IMG/VR virus record: IMGVR_UViG_3300048861_000280
Coordinates: 1 to 41,801 of that record
DNA: 41,801 bases
Origin: a virus
Taxonomy: Duplodnaviria > Caudoviricetes
Strand: one strand, 5' to 3'
The position numbers and the translations under genes are program-made. The notes under the pieces were generated by a model, which ran no database searches, was not told the DNA's origin, and worked only from the letters and a program-made list of their open reading frames with translations. Positions 1-9,429 of this stretch are shown piece after piece; positions within the stretch are counted from its first letter, which is position 1; each line of letters opens with the position of its first letter.

Positions 1-168
1 ATGACCGTCTGCATCTCCCGCATCCGCCTGAAGGGTCCTCATCCCTCCAGCATCTTCGGCTCAGCCCCTGCCTACATCAAGGCCGGGGAGGGCAACTATT
101 TCAAACTCGTGGACTGCCGCACCTACGAACGCTGCAGCCTGATGGAATTTGTAAGGATGACCCGATGA
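1..168 (+). CDS. Hypothetical protein (55 aa)
   Basis: ATG at 1 to TGA at 168, read by hand. ATGA overlap with the next gene. Confidence 0.6.
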   Translation: MTVCISRIRLKGPHPSSIFGSAPAYIKAGEGNYFKLVDCRTYERCSLMEFVRMTR

Positions 169-872
169 CCAAACAAACCCCCGAAATCTATGGTGCACTT
201 CCGAAGGACCTGGGTGTCCACGAGTTCGGCAACGGCGAGATGATGTTCTGGCTGTACTGCCCGGTGAAGATGCCGTTGGATGTAGGCTTCAGGCTGCCGT
301 CCAACCTCGCGCAGTTCGATAAGCTTCTGGACCTTGTGCGCAGGGATGTCAGCCGTGACTTCGGTATGCCACGGTGGGTTACCAGCTACGTCTACCTGAC
401 GGCCAAGACCCTCTACGTCTCGCCGCAGTCTCCCGGCAATCGCCTCGGCTGGCACAGTGACGGCTTCCTGACGGACGACCTGAACTACATCTGGGCCGAC
501 CGTAACCCGACGCTGTTCTTTGATGCTGGAACGTGTCGTATATGGAGCGCGACGCCCCTGTACTCAGTTCCTGCCGACCACAGCAAGGCTCTGGTAACTT
601 TCGATATGCTCGCCACAAAGCTTGTGGCTGATGAGAAGATCGTCACGTACCCAGATCGCACCCTGCTGCGCCTGGACCAGACCGTCATCCACGCGGTCAA
701 CCCGAAGCCGACTTCCGGCATTCGCACGTTCCTCAAGGTCAGCGTCTCGGACAAGCCGTACGCCCTCAAGGGCAACAGCATCAATCATCTGCTCCCGCAG
801 CACCCGCTGCCCACCGAGGCACGGCAGGCAGAGCGCAACCATCCCCAGGGCAACACGAAGGAAGCAGCATGA
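165..872 (+). CDS. Putative 2OG-Fe(II) dioxygenase-fold protein
   Basis: HxD (GWHSDG), distal His (VIHAV) and downstream Arg (RTFLKVS) in the order typical of the 2OG-Fe(II) oxygenase fold. Confidence 0.65.
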   Translation: MTKQTPEIYGALPKDLGVHEFGNGEMMFWLYCPVKMPLDVGFRLPSNLAQFDKLLDLVRRDVSRDFGMPRWVTSYVYLTAKTLYVSPQSPGNRLGWHSDGFLTDDLNYIWADRNPTLFFDAGTCRIWSATPLYSVPADHSKALVTFDMLATKLVADEKIVTYPDRTLLRLDQTVIHAVNPKPTSGIRTFLKVSVSDKPYALKGNSINHLLPQHPLPTEARQAERNHPQGNTKEAA

Positions 873-1051
873 CCCATATGCGATGCATCAACGCTACTGA
901 CGCTGACCACCACCTGACGGAGGGCAAGGTCTACCACGTCAGCCCGATCCCGAAGAACGACATGGGTCGCCCCCGCATCATGGTGCACTCCGACGACAAT
1001 GGCCGTGTGTACCGCACTCGGGCCTACCGGTTCGCTGAGGTGACGGCATGA
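869..1051 (+). CDS. Hypothetical protein with LTxGKxY small domain
   Basis: 60-aa ORF with RBS (AAGGAAG) and ATGA overlaps. CINA..HLTEGKVYHV resembles the repeats in 4648..5316. Confidence 0.7.
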   Translation: MTHMRCINATDADHHLTEGKVYHVSPIPKNDMGRPRIMVHSDDNGRVYRTRAYRFAEVTA

Positions 1052-1341
1052 TCACACGCAGCTTTCCCGTACCTGGCCGACCACGGCTGCGTATCTGCAC
1101 GAAAGGACCCGATCACTGGTTCGTCGAGCGTGTAACTGACGTCGGTTGGGAACAAGTCCTTGAGGAGTATTTCGCCGGAGGGCTTGAGGGCTACCGGCTG
1201 CGCCCTGTGGTCCGCAATACCGAGAAGAAATGCGAGGATTGGATCGACGACCAGATGATGGCCTACGACGCCAAACTCGCAAAGGACGCAGCTATCAAGG
1301 CCCACATATCCAGACACCCACCCAGGGAGTACCCGGCATGA
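1048..1341 (+). CDS. Hypothetical protein
   Basis: 97-aa ORF, GAGGTG RBS, ATGA coupling at both ends. Confidence 0.7.
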   Translation: MITRSFPVPGRPRLRICTKGPDHWFVERVTDVGWEQVLEEYFAGGLEGYRLRPVVRNTEKKCEDWIDDQMMAYDAKLAKDAAIKAHISRHPPREYPA

Positions 1342-1526
1342 AATACCACCTGATCACCATCGCCATTATCGTGGCCATCGTCGTCATCCTCTGTCTGGCA
1401 ATCATCTTCCAGAAGGCAGCACTGATCGTGGCAGCCGTCCTATTCGTCGGGGCCTTAGCGACCATCGTCTACGGGATGATCTACTCGATGGTTCGGCCCG
1501 ATGACCTCTACTGCCAATACCGATAA
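1338..1526 (+). CDS. Small membrane protein (2 TM)
   Basis: MKYHLITIAIIVAIVVILCLAIIF... two hydrophobic stretches. GGGAG RBS before ATG 1338. Confidence 0.7.
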   Translation: MKYHLITIAIIVAIVVILCLAIIFQKAALIVAAVLFVGALATIVYGMIYSMVRPDDLYCQYR

Positions 1527-1535
1527 GGAAACCAT

Positions 1536-4016
1536 TTGACCGACTACGAACGGCAGATACAACTCGAAATCGAGATGGCTGGCCTCGGTACCGAACGATA
1601 CCTAAGCCGCCTTCAGAAGAACCTCGATAACGATCGTGGCGCTCAGACCGACGCGGGTGGCATCCTCGTCAAACGTGCGATCCACCCGATGGCCCAGGCA
1701 ATCACGGCTTTCGTCGAGGGCGTCTACTCAGGCAAGGCAGGGCCAAAGGCGATTGCTGCCAAGCTGGTCAAGGATATGGACCACGAAGCCGTGGCCTTCC
1801 TCGTGACCCGCACCATCCTCAACAAGCTGATGTCCCGCACTGGCGTAGGCTACACCGGCCTTGCCCGTATGGTGGCCGTGGCTATCGAGGATGAGGCCCG
1901 GTTCTCCACCTTCGAGAAACAGAACTCCAAGCAGTTCCGGATCATCGAAGACAACCTGAAGAAGGACGGTGCAACCGAGGCACACAAGCGTCTCGTCCTG
2001 GCCTACGCCATGGGCAAGTACGATGTGCCATGGGACCGGTGGGCTCACGTCGACAAGCTCCACCTCGGCTTCAAGATGATCGACCTCTTGGCTGAAAGTA
2101 CGGGGCTGGTCGAGGTTGTGGCCGGTCACGAGAGCAGCGACAAGGATGCTCAGTACTCGCAGTACCAAGTGCAGATCACCGAGAAGACGGCCAAGTGGGT
2201 CGAGGCCTCGGTGTTCAAGCAGCAGCACATGCATCCCCTGGCAATGCCTATGGTGATCCAGCCGAAACCATGGGACAGCCTGAGGGGCGGCGGTTACTAC
2301 TCCAATGCGCTCCGACCTCTACCTCTGGTGCGCAGGGCACGGAAGGAACACACCGACTTCCTCAAGAAGGCCGACCTGTCCCGTGTCTACCAAGGGCTCA
2401 ACGCCATCCAGAACACGGCTTGGCAGATCAACCCCCAGGTCTTCTCAGTAATGGAAACCCTGGTCAGCTACGGTTCATCCGAGGCCGGTCTGGTGGCCAT
2501 GGACGATATCGAGTTGCCACCCAAGCCGCACGATATCGAGACCAACGAGACAGCCCGTCGCATCTGGAAGTGGGCAGCGCGAGACGTCCACAACGAGAAC
2601 TACAAGCTGCGGCAGGAACGGCTCAACCAGCAGAACCTCATGAAGCTGGTCGAGAAGTTCAAGGACGAGCCACGCATCTACTTCCCGCACAACCTCGACT
2701 TCAGGGGCAGGGCGTATCCGATCCCGGTACTGCTCAACCCTCAGGGGACCGACGTGGTCAAGGGTCTGCTACGGTTCTCCGAGGGCATGCCTTTGGGTGA
2801 CGATGGTGAACGGTGGCTGGCCATCCACGGGGCGAACTGCTTTGGTGTCGACAAGGTTTCTTTCGATGCCAGGGTGAAGTGGGTCCAGAAACACCAGCAC
2901 GAGATCATGTCCTGCGGCGATGACCCGCTGACATACAAGTGGTGGATGGAGGCCGACAGCCCTTGGTGCTTCCTCGCGTTCTGCATCGAGTGGAACCTGA
3001 AGTTCAAGGCGGAAGAGATCGGCGTCGAGTTCATCTCGCACATACCGGTTGCCTTGGACGGCTCATGCAACGGGCTGCAGCACTTCTCGGCCATGCTCCG
3101 TGATCCGATCGGGGGCAGGGCGGTGAACCTGACGGACAGCCTGGAGCCCCAGGACATCTACCAGCGTGTTGCTGACGTGGCCATGGAAAAGCTGCGTCTA
3201 ATTGCTTGCGCTGATGCAATGGATGATCCAAACCAGAAGGAAGGGGCATCGACGCCACACGACAGGAAGCGATGGGCGGAAGGGTGGGTCCACTTTGGGC
3301 TGAACCGGAAGATCACCAAGCGTCCCGTCATGGTCCTGCCTTACGGCGGCACACCTCGGTCGTGTCTCCAGTACGTCCAGGAGGCGGTCAACGAGCGCAT
3401 CAAGGGTGGGCAAGGGCACAACTTCGGTGACGAGTTGGGCAAGGCCACCGGATACCTCAGTGCCACCGTATGGGACAGCATTGGCGATGTCGTCGTTGCT
3501 GCTCGTCAGGCAATGGAGTGGCTGCAGGGTGTGTCGCGGACGATGTCCAAGGCGCAGCAGCCCCTGGTGTGGACGACACCTTCAGGCTTCGTGGCATATC
3601 AGGACATTAGGGAGATCAAGAAGCGGAGGCTTGAGACCAAGCTTCAAGGCCGGTTGATCAAGCTGAAGATCGGGGACGAGACCGACAAGATCAACGGTGC
3701 GAAGCAGGCCACGTCTGTCAGCCCGAATTTCGTCCACTCTCTCGACGCTGCCGCCATGTTCCGGACGCTGTGCCTTCTGGTCAACGCTGGTGTCACGTCG
3801 TTCGCCATGATCCACGATAGCTACGGCACACACGCCGGTCGGGCAACGTGGCTGGCCAACGCCTTACGATATGAGTTCGTGTCGATGTACGAGGGCGATA
3901 CCCTCACCACCTTCCTCGACATGCTCGACACCGACGACCTCGATCTCGAACCGAGGCCACCCATGGGAACCCTGGATATCAAGGAGGTTCTACGAGCCCA
4001 GTACTTCTTTGCCTAA
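1536..4016 (+). CDS. T7-like single-subunit DNA-directed RNA polymerase (gp1-like)
   Basis: Motifs DFRGRAY, ALDGSCNGLQH, RKITKRPVMVLPYG, PNFVHSLDAA, IHDSYGTH and C-terminal YFFA. TTG start after AAGGAA. Confidence 0.98.
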   Translation: MTDYERQIQLEIEMAGLGTERYLSRLQKNLDNDRGAQTDAGGILVKRAIHPMAQAITAFVEGVYSGKAGPKAIAAKLVKDMDHEAVAFLVTRTILNKLMSRTGVGYTGLARMVAVAIEDEARFSTFEKQNSKQFRIIEDNLKKDGATEAHKRLVLAYAMGKYDVPWDRWAHVDKLHLGFKMIDLLAESTGLVEVVAGHESSDKDAQYSQYQVQITEKTAKWVEASVFKQQHMHPLAMPMVIQPKPWDSLRGGGYYSNALRPLPLVRRARKEHTDFLKKADLSRVYQGLNAIQNTAWQINPQVFSVMETLVSYGSSEAGLVAMDDIELPPKPHDIETNETARRIWKWAARDVHNENYKLRQERLNQQNLMKLVEKFKDEPRIYFPHNLDFRGRAYPIPVLLNPQGTDVVKGLLRFSEGMPLGDDGERWLAIHGANCFGVDKVSFDARVKWVQKHQHEIMSCGDDPLTYKWWMEADSPWCFLAFCIEWNLKFKAEEIGVEFISHIPVALDGSCNGLQHFSAMLRDPIGGRAVNLTDSLEPQDIYQRVADVAMEKLRLIACADAMDDPNQKEGASTPHDRKRWAEGWVHFGLNRKITKRPVMVLPYGGTPRSCLQYVQEAVNERIKGGQGHNFGDELGKATGYLSATVWDSIGDVVVAARQAMEWLQGVSRTMSKAQQPLVWTTPSGFVAYQDIREIKKRRLETKLQGRLIKLKIGDETDKINGAKQATSVSPNFVHSLDAAAMFRTLCLLVNAGVTSFAMIHDSYGTHAGRATWLANALRYEFVSMYEGDTLTTFLDMLDTDDLDLEPRPPMGTLDIKEVLRAQYFFA

Positions 4017-4050
4017 ATGATTGCACTGGTGTGAATGATGCACCAGTGTA

Positions 4051-4068
4051 CGTTACCACCCCCAATAG
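4051..4068 (+). promoter_or_regulatory. Putative phage RNAP promoter CGTTACCACCCCCAATAG
   Basis: 18-mer matching the copies at 13307 and 35264. Located just after the RNAP gene, as T7 class II promoters are. Confidence 0.75.
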
Positions 4069-4099
4069 CTCTTTTCGATTTCCAAACGAGGTACATAAG

Positions 4100-4303
4100 A
4101 TGACACCTAAGGTTACACTAAGGTTTGGTGCTGCTCACAATAGTCTTACCGTGGGCGACATGACGTTCGACCTGAACGGCATGACAAAGGATCAGCGATA
4201 CCAAGCACGTCGCGATCTGATCGAAGGCCTCAAGTCTTCTCGGTACTTCAGCCGTGACGCCATGCAGCGCAACAAGGCCTTCCGCAAGCCGGTGGCCGCA
4301 TGA
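4100..4303 (+). CDS. Hypothetical protein
   Basis: GAGGT RBS before ATG 4100 (MTPKVTLRFG...). Confidence 0.7.
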   Translation: MTPKVTLRFGAAHNSLTVGDMTFDLNGMTKDQRYQARRDLIEGLKSSRYFSRDAMQRNKAFRKPVAA

Positions 4304-4392
4304 CTGTACTTGGAGCTGCTATCTACATCCTTCTGATAGGGCTCATCACAATCTCCCTCAACAGCAACAAGGACCCTCATGCCCCGGCTTAG
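4300..4392 (+). CDS. Small hydrophobic peptide (30 aa)
   Basis: MTVLGAAIYILLIGLITISLNS...; ATGA overlap; fills the gap between two genes. Confidence 0.5.
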   Translation: MTVLGAAIYILLIGLITISLNSNKDPHAPA

Positions 4393-4651
4393 GCTGAACA
4401 AGGACAAGATCAACATGGCTGCCCCTCGCGAAGTGGCTGCCTCGGTAATGATGACGCTCAATGGTCTGCAGGATTTCTCTCCTGAAATTCAGGTCATGGG
4501 CGCTGCGGCTGTCTTCCTCGAATTGAGCGAAGCATTAGGCATTCCTCCTCAGGAAGTCTTCACGGCCACCAAGAACCTCATCGCAGGACAAGACGGCAAA
4601 CGCGCCGAGTTCACTGCAATCCAAGACTACATCCAGGGAGAATTGATTTGA
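4379..4651 (+). CDS. Hypothetical phage protein
   Basis: 90-aa ORF with AAGGA RBS, in operon context. Confidence 0.75.
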   Translation: MPRLRLNKDKINMAAPREVAASVMMTLNGLQDFSPEIQVMGAAAVFLELSEALGIPPQEVFTATKNLIAGQDGKRAEFTAIQDYIQGELI

Positions 4652-5316
4652 TCAGGGCAAACTTCAAGAAGGGCGACCGCGTTGTCTGCATCACCACCGG
4701 CAGCTTCCACCTCACCGTGGGCATGACGTACGAGGTTGTTGAGGACCAGAGGGGCGAGTGCGTCCGCGTCAAGAATAACAACGGTTGCGCCATCGGCCCA
4801 TACGCATGGCGGTTTAAGCTGGCCGACAAGGCTGCCCCATTCAAGGCGGGCGACAAGGTTGTCCTCAAGGCTTCACATGCGGAATACGGCAACTCTCAGG
4901 GTATCACTGTCGGCAAGATCTACACTATCACCGACACGCAGCATCACTCGCACGACCCCGAACAGATCGTCTACTTCATTGGCGACCGTGGTCACAAGGT
5001 GAGCGCCTACGCCAAGCGCGTGGAACCGGCTTCACCGAAGTCCGACCCATACTCCATCGTGGCCGAACGTGAAAAGCGTAAGGCTGCCGAGGCTGAACGT
5101 AAGGCCAAGGGCAGGGCACGTCAGGAAGCTCTGGTCAAGGCTCAGATTGCCACGCTAATGAAGCCCACGGTGAAGCCGCTGCACTCGGTCATGGTATCCA
5201 CCGACGATCTCTATGCTGCCGTCGCAGCCTGGATCAAGGAACACCACGGCATCGACCGCAAGGTCAAGACGGTAACCGGACGTCTCTCTGGTCAGACCGA
5301 GGTCGTCTTCGCATGA
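4648..5316 (+). CDS. Hypothetical protein with two tandem small beta-type repeats
   Basis: FKKGDRVVC..LTVGMTYEV and FKAGDKVVL..ITVGKIYTI. GGGAG RBS, TTG start. Confidence 0.75.
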   Translation: MIRANFKKGDRVVCITTGSFHLTVGMTYEVVEDQRGECVRVKNNNGCAIGPYAWRFKLADKAAPFKAGDKVVLKASHAEYGNSQGITVGKIYTITDTQHHSHDPEQIVYFIGDRGHKVSAYAKRVEPASPKSDPYSIVAEREKRKAAEAERKAKGRARQEALVKAQIATLMKPTVKPLHSVMVSTDDLYAAVAAWIKEHHGIDRKVKTVTGRLSGQTEVVFA

Positions 5317-5447
5317 ACCTACCAACCCCAATCGCCCACGCAATCATCCTCTGGAAGCGGGGGCTGCCTCTACCGGTAGACCTCTACGTCATGCTCCGCA
5401 ACGAAGGCCACAACGTCGAGGCCCTTGAAGCGAAGTATCGCGCCTAA
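5313..5447 (+). CDS. Small hypothetical protein (44 aa)
   Basis: MNLPTPIAHAIILWKRGLPLPVDLYVMLRNEGHNVEALEAKYRA; GAGGT RBS; ATGA overlap. Confidence 0.65.
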   Translation: MNLPTPIAHAIILWKRGLPLPVDLYVMLRNEGHNVEALEAKYRA

Positions 5448-5486
5448 TAGCTTACACCAACGCAACAATCACACAAAGGAATATAC

Positions 5487-6218
5487 ATGGCCAACGACAA
5501 GCAGAAGCGTCCGGAAGCAGTCAAGATCAACACGCCCCGTGCACCGGCAGTCTTCCCGAAGCTCGACTTCGCAAACCCTGACTATGGCACCGAAGCCTAC
5601 CCGATAGAGGGTGGCGCGTTCTCCATTCAGGTCCGTCTCGTCAAGAGCGACCCGCAGGTTCAGGCGCTCCTGGCCAAGCTCGAAAAGGTAATGGAAACCT
5701 CGGAAGCAGAAGCCCTGGAGAAGTTCAAGGCTCTTCCGGTTGCTACCCGCAAGAAGCTGAAGCTGGAAGAGCCGAAGCGTATGGAGTTCTACACGGACCT
5801 GTACGACGAGGAAGAGAACGAGACCGGCGAAATCCTGCTCAAGTTCAAGATGAAGCACTCGGGCACCACGGCCAAGGGCAAGGACTGGAAGCGTTACCCT
5901 CAGTTGATCGACGCCAAGCTGCAGCCGATTAAGAAGGGCACCGCGATCTGGGGCGGCTCGACCGTACGTGTCTCCGGTGGCGCTCTGCCGTACTGGGTTG
6001 CCGGTCAGGCTGCCTACGGTGTGTCGCTGCAGCTCGAAGGTGTTCAGGTGATCAAGCTGGTGTCCGCTGGTGGACGCTCGGCTGAAGACATGGGCTTCGA
6101 GGAAGAGGAAGGCTACGACGCCAGCGAAGGCTTCTCCGAGGAAGAGACGGAGACCAACGACGACACCGATGACAACGCTGGTGGCGAAGGTGCATCGGCA
6201 GGCTCGGACGACTTCTAA
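5487..6218 (+). CDS. Single-stranded DNA-binding protein (gp2.5-like)
   Basis: IWGGS and GVSLQLEGVQVIKLV motifs; acidic C-terminal tail ending in Phe; synteny before endonuclease I. Confidence 0.93.
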   Translation: MANDKQKRPEAVKINTPRAPAVFPKLDFANPDYGTEAYPIEGGAFSIQVRLVKSDPQVQALLAKLEKVMETSEAEALEKFKALPVATRKKLKLEEPKRMEFYTDLYDEEENETGEILLKFKMKHSGTTAKGKDWKRYPQLIDAKLQPIKKGTAIWGGSTVRVSGGALPYWVAGQAAYGVSLQLEGVQVIKLVSAGGRSAEDMGFEEEEGYDASEGFSEEETETNDDTDDNAGGEGASAGSDDF

Positions 6219-6221
6219 GCC

Positions 6222-6644
6222 TTGGTCAAGCGCGTATCCCCGGCACTGGCCGCGAAGCTCAAGGGCTTCCGGTCGGGGCTGGAAGACAAAGTGGCCGCTG
6301 AACTCAGCACGGGCGGTCACGCCTACGAATACGAGAAGTTGAAGATCGAGTACGTCAAGCCTGCACGTAAGGCCAAGTACACACCCGATTTCCATCTGCT
6401 CGATAACGGCATCATCGTCGAGACCAAAGGTCGTTTCCTCACGGAAGACCGGCAGAAGCACATCCTAATCAAGGATCAGCACCCGCACCTCGACATCCGG
6501 TTCGTCTTCTCAAACTCGAAGACACGCATCTCCAAGCAGTCAAAGACGACGTACGGCATGTGGTGTGAAAGCCACGGGTTCCAGTACGCCGACAAGTCCA
6601 TCCCCAACATCTGGCTCCATGAAGCCCCGAAAGGCATCCAATGA
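6222..6644 (+). CDS. Endonuclease I / Holliday junction resolvase (gp3-like)
   Basis: FRSGLEDKVA, YTPDF, ETKGRF, DRQKH, DIRFVF. Confidence 0.96.
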   Translation: MVKRVSPALAAKLKGFRSGLEDKVAAELSTGGHAYEYEKLKIEYVKPARKAKYTPDFHLLDNGIIVETKGRFLTEDRQKHILIKDQHPHLDIRFVFSNSKTRISKQSKTTYGMWCESHGFQYADKSIPNIWLHEAPKGIQ

Positions 6645-6871
6645 TCTCGAAGCTCGTAGCAATCGTTCTCCGTCGTCCGACCACCGAAGCCGCTCTGGTT
6701 TCCCTCTCGAAGACCCTGGCCAAGCTCGACGCCGTCACGGTTCACCACAGCGCCAAGGCCGACAAGCACACCCTCGCTGCTCAGCGTCACCGTGAACTGG
6801 AAGTATCGGCCATGAACGAAGCCGACCGCGCCAAGCGCATCGCTGACCGTATGGCTGCTCTGCTCGCATAA
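6641..6871 (+). CDS. Hypothetical protein (helical)
   Basis: 76-aa ORF coupled by an ATGA overlap. Confidence 0.7.
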   Translation: MISKLVAIVLRRPTTEAALVSLSKTLAKLDAVTVHHSAKADKHTLAAQRHRELEVSAMNEADRAKRIADRMAALLA

Positions 6872-6952
6872 GTGAACGTCTGCCTGCTCTGGGTGGTGAT
6901 CCTCGCGTTCGCCACCTGTTTCCCCATCGCAATTCTAAGGATGCCAGCTTGA
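6872..6952 (+). CDS. Small hydrophobic peptide (26 aa)
   Basis: GTG start, VNVCLLWVVILAFATCFPIAILRMPA; exactly fills the gap. Confidence 0.4.
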   Translation: MNVCLLWVVILAFATCFPIAILRMPA

Positions 6953-7197
6953 GACCTATCTCGCTTACCGAACTGAAAGAACTTGCACGACAGCTTCCCC
7001 AGGCCAGCGAGGCGCGGGGTAACCGGTTCAGCGTCATGCGCCGATGTGAAATCCGTCCGTACGCCTACACCGACAAGATCGGGGCATACGACTACCATTG
7101 CTCCAAGGTCGACTTCGAATGCCACCACGGCAGCCTCGACGGTACCATGGTCTACTACTGGACCTTCCGCGACCTGATCGTTCGGGTCGACGTATGA
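6949..7197 (+). CDS. Hypothetical protein
   Basis: TTG start after AAGGA; overlaps neighbours by 4 nt. Confidence 0.6.
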   Translation: MRPISLTELKELARQLPQASEARGNRFSVMRRCEIRPYAYTDKIGAYDYHCSKVDFECHHGSLDGTMVYYWTFRDLIVRVDV

Positions 7198-7469
7198 TCA
7201 CCGGCAAGCAAGCGAAGCTTCTCATATGTGACGACTTTGAGGACGCCGAGTTCTTCGATGAAGTACAACCTGCTGAGATCACTGGCGATAGTCGGTGGTC
7301 CAAGTTCTACGAGGCTGTCTACAAGTATACCCGTGACGGTACCTTTTGGGAAATCTCGTGGTCTCGTGGCGCTACCGAGTACCAAGACCAGGGCGTCGAA
7401 GACGTCGAAGTCAAGCAGGTCTGGCCCCGCGAAGTGACGCGCACAATCTACGTTACCTCTCCCGAATAA
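7194..7469 (+). CDS. Hypothetical phage protein
   Basis: MITGKQAK...SRWSKFYEAVYK...RGATEYQD; ATGA overlap at 7194. Confidence 0.7.
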   Translation: MITGKQAKLLICDDFEDAEFFDEVQPAEITGDSRWSKFYEAVYKYTRDGTFWEISWSRGATEYQDQGVEDVEVKQVWPREVTRTIYVTSPE

Positions 7470-7473
7470 ACCC

Positions 7474-9171
7474 TTGGAAACTGAAAGCGATTTCGTACAG
7501 CACCAGCCTTGCGAGAAGTGCGGGTCGTCTGACGCTAACTCATTGTACAGCGACGGGCACCAGTACTGCTTCAACTGCAGGACACATGTACGAGGAAACG
7601 GAGAACGTTTGGAAGCGACTGAAGTGGAGCCAAAGCCGAAAGGGCTCCTCCCGATTGGTGAACCTGCAGACTGGTCCAGCCGTAAGATTGACTTAGAGAG
7701 TGCCGCCAAGTGGGGCTTCACTCGATCCGAGATGGGCGGCGATGCTGTCCGCATCTTCAACTACCGAGACGTCAATCAACGCATCGTTGCGCAGAAGGTC
7801 CGCTTCGCCAACAAGGACTTCAAATTCCTGGGAGATACTAAGAATGCAGGGCTCTATGGTATGCACCTATGGCGTGATGGCGGTAAGAAGGTCATCATCA
7901 CCGAAGGCGAGATCGATGCCATCAGCATCAGCAAAGCCCAGGGGCACAAGTGGCCTGTCGTCTCTGTACCGAATGGTGCGCAAGGTGCGAAGGCTGCTCT
8001 CAAGAAGAACCTCGAATGGCTAAGCACCTTTGACGAGGTGATCCTCTGCTTCGACATGGACGAGCCAGGGCGCGATGCCGTGGACGAATGTGTCCAGCTA
8101 TTCGAACCGGGCAAGTGCAAGACGGCCATCCTTCCTCGCAAGGACGCCAACGAAATGCTCATGCACGGCGAGACCCAGGAACTCATCAATGCACTTTGGG
8201 GTGCCAAGGTCCTCCGACCGGACGGCATCGTGGACGGCAGCGACCTCTGGGACATCATGGAGGAAGACGACGCTGACGATCAGATCAGCCTTCCCTTCAC
8301 CAAGCTGAACGAGATGATCCTCGGCTGCCGAACAGGGGAGATCGTAACGCTCACCTCAGGTTCCGGCATGGGCAAGTCATCGCTCATCCGAGAGTTCGTC
8401 GACCACATGCTTAGGACGACCGAGGACAACCTTGGTATCCTGATGCTGGAGGAACCGATCAAGCGGACGGCGCGGGGTCTCGTCGGTATCCGTTTATCCA
8501 AACCCATCCACTTAGACAAAGGTCTCGCCAGTGCAGAAGAACGCCGCAAAGCCTATGAGGAAACGGTCGGTAGCGGACGGGTATTCCTTTACGACCATTT
8601 CGGTTCGACTTCCTCGGATAATCTCCTGGCTAAGATCAGGTATCTGGCCAAGGGCTGCGGATGCAAACGCATCTTCCTCGACCATCTATCTATCGTTGTC
8701 TCTGGTCAGGAAGACGGAGACGAGCGGAGAAACATCGACTTCATCATGACCGCATTGGCCACCCTGGCTCTCGAATGTGACATCACGATTTTCCTCGTGA
8801 CGCACCTTAAGAGGCCATCGGGTGACAAGGGTCACGAGCAGGGGGCCGAGGTCTCCATGGCTCAGCTTCGCGGTTCCCATTCCATCGGCCAGCTATCGCA
8901 CACCATCATTGGTGCTGAGCGTAACCAGCAGGCAGACGGCGAGATCGTCATCGACGGCAAGACCATCGAACTCAAGACCATCACCACGCTGCGTATCCTC
9001 AAGTGTCGCTGGACTGGCGAGACCGGGGTAGCTGGCTGGCTCTACTACGACCGCAAGACTGGTCGCCTGTACGAGCTGCTGGCCGATCCATTCGCAGAGA
9101 AGGGCGAGAAGTCCAACCGTGGCGTCTCAACCTTCGAAGATGAAACCGACGATGCGGACATTCCATTCTGA
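7474..9171 (+). CDS. DNA primase-helicase (gp4-like)
   Basis: Zn finger CEKCGSSDA..YCFNC, TOPRIM ITEGEIDA and FDMDEPG, Walker A SGSGMGKS, DHLSI, LRGS. TTG start. Confidence 0.97.
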   Translation: METESDFVQHQPCEKCGSSDANSLYSDGHQYCFNCRTHVRGNGERLEATEVEPKPKGLLPIGEPADWSSRKIDLESAAKWGFTRSEMGGDAVRIFNYRDVNQRIVAQKVRFANKDFKFLGDTKNAGLYGMHLWRDGGKKVIITEGEIDAISISKAQGHKWPVVSVPNGAQGAKAALKKNLEWLSTFDEVILCFDMDEPGRDAVDECVQLFEPGKCKTAILPRKDANEMLMHGETQELINALWGAKVLRPDGIVDGSDLWDIMEEDDADDQISLPFTKLNEMILGCRTGEIVTLTSGSGMGKSSLIREFVDHMLRTTEDNLGILMLEEPIKRTARGLVGIRLSKPIHLDKGLASAEERRKAYEETVGSGRVFLYDHFGSTSSDNLLAKIRYLAKGCGCKRIFLDHLSIVVSGQEDGDERRNIDFIMTALATLALECDITIFLVTHLKRPSGDKGHEQGAEVSMAQLRGSHSIGQLSHTIIGAERNQQADGEIVIDGKTIELKTITTLRILKCRWTGETGVAGWLYYDRKTGRLYELLADPFAEKGEKSNRGVSTFEDETDDADIPF

Positions 9172-9176
9172 TGAAC

Positions 9177-9422
9177 CTACTCCAGCCAAGTAACACCGGC
9201 CTCTTCAGCGGCCTGGATAAGCGCGGCTCTGACGTCTCCCGGCGAAGCTCGCCCCTCCATACCGTCAAGAGCAGTCTGCACCGCCTTCTCGAACGCAGGT
9301 CCTTCATTGGTTGGCCAAAGGTTCAGAAGGCACTCAGCGGCACCCAACACGGTATTGACGTGTTGGTATCCGCCAGTTCCGTAGAGTTGGAGACGCAGGG
9401 CTTTGAACACACGAACGGGCAT
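9177..9422 (-). CDS. DUF982-like protein (rhizobial family), antisense to the lytic operon
   Basis: AAECLLNLWP.NEGPAFEKAVQTALDGMEG..SPGDVRAALIQAAEEAGV matches my recollection of the DUF982 pattern (LLxxWP..G.A...A...C..A..G......R.AF..AA.EAG). Confidence 0.75.
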   Translation of the reverse strand: MPVRVFKALRLQLYGTGGYQHVNTVLGAAECLLNLWPTNEGPAFEKAVQTALDGMEGRASPGDVRAALIQAAEEAGVTWLE

Positions 9423-9429
9423 GTCGGTA

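Noticed and set aside
5317-5334. ACCTACCAACCCCAATCG as a further phage promoter
   Set aside because: 13/18 match to the 4051 copy, but inside a coding region and altered at the initiation end; left uncalled.
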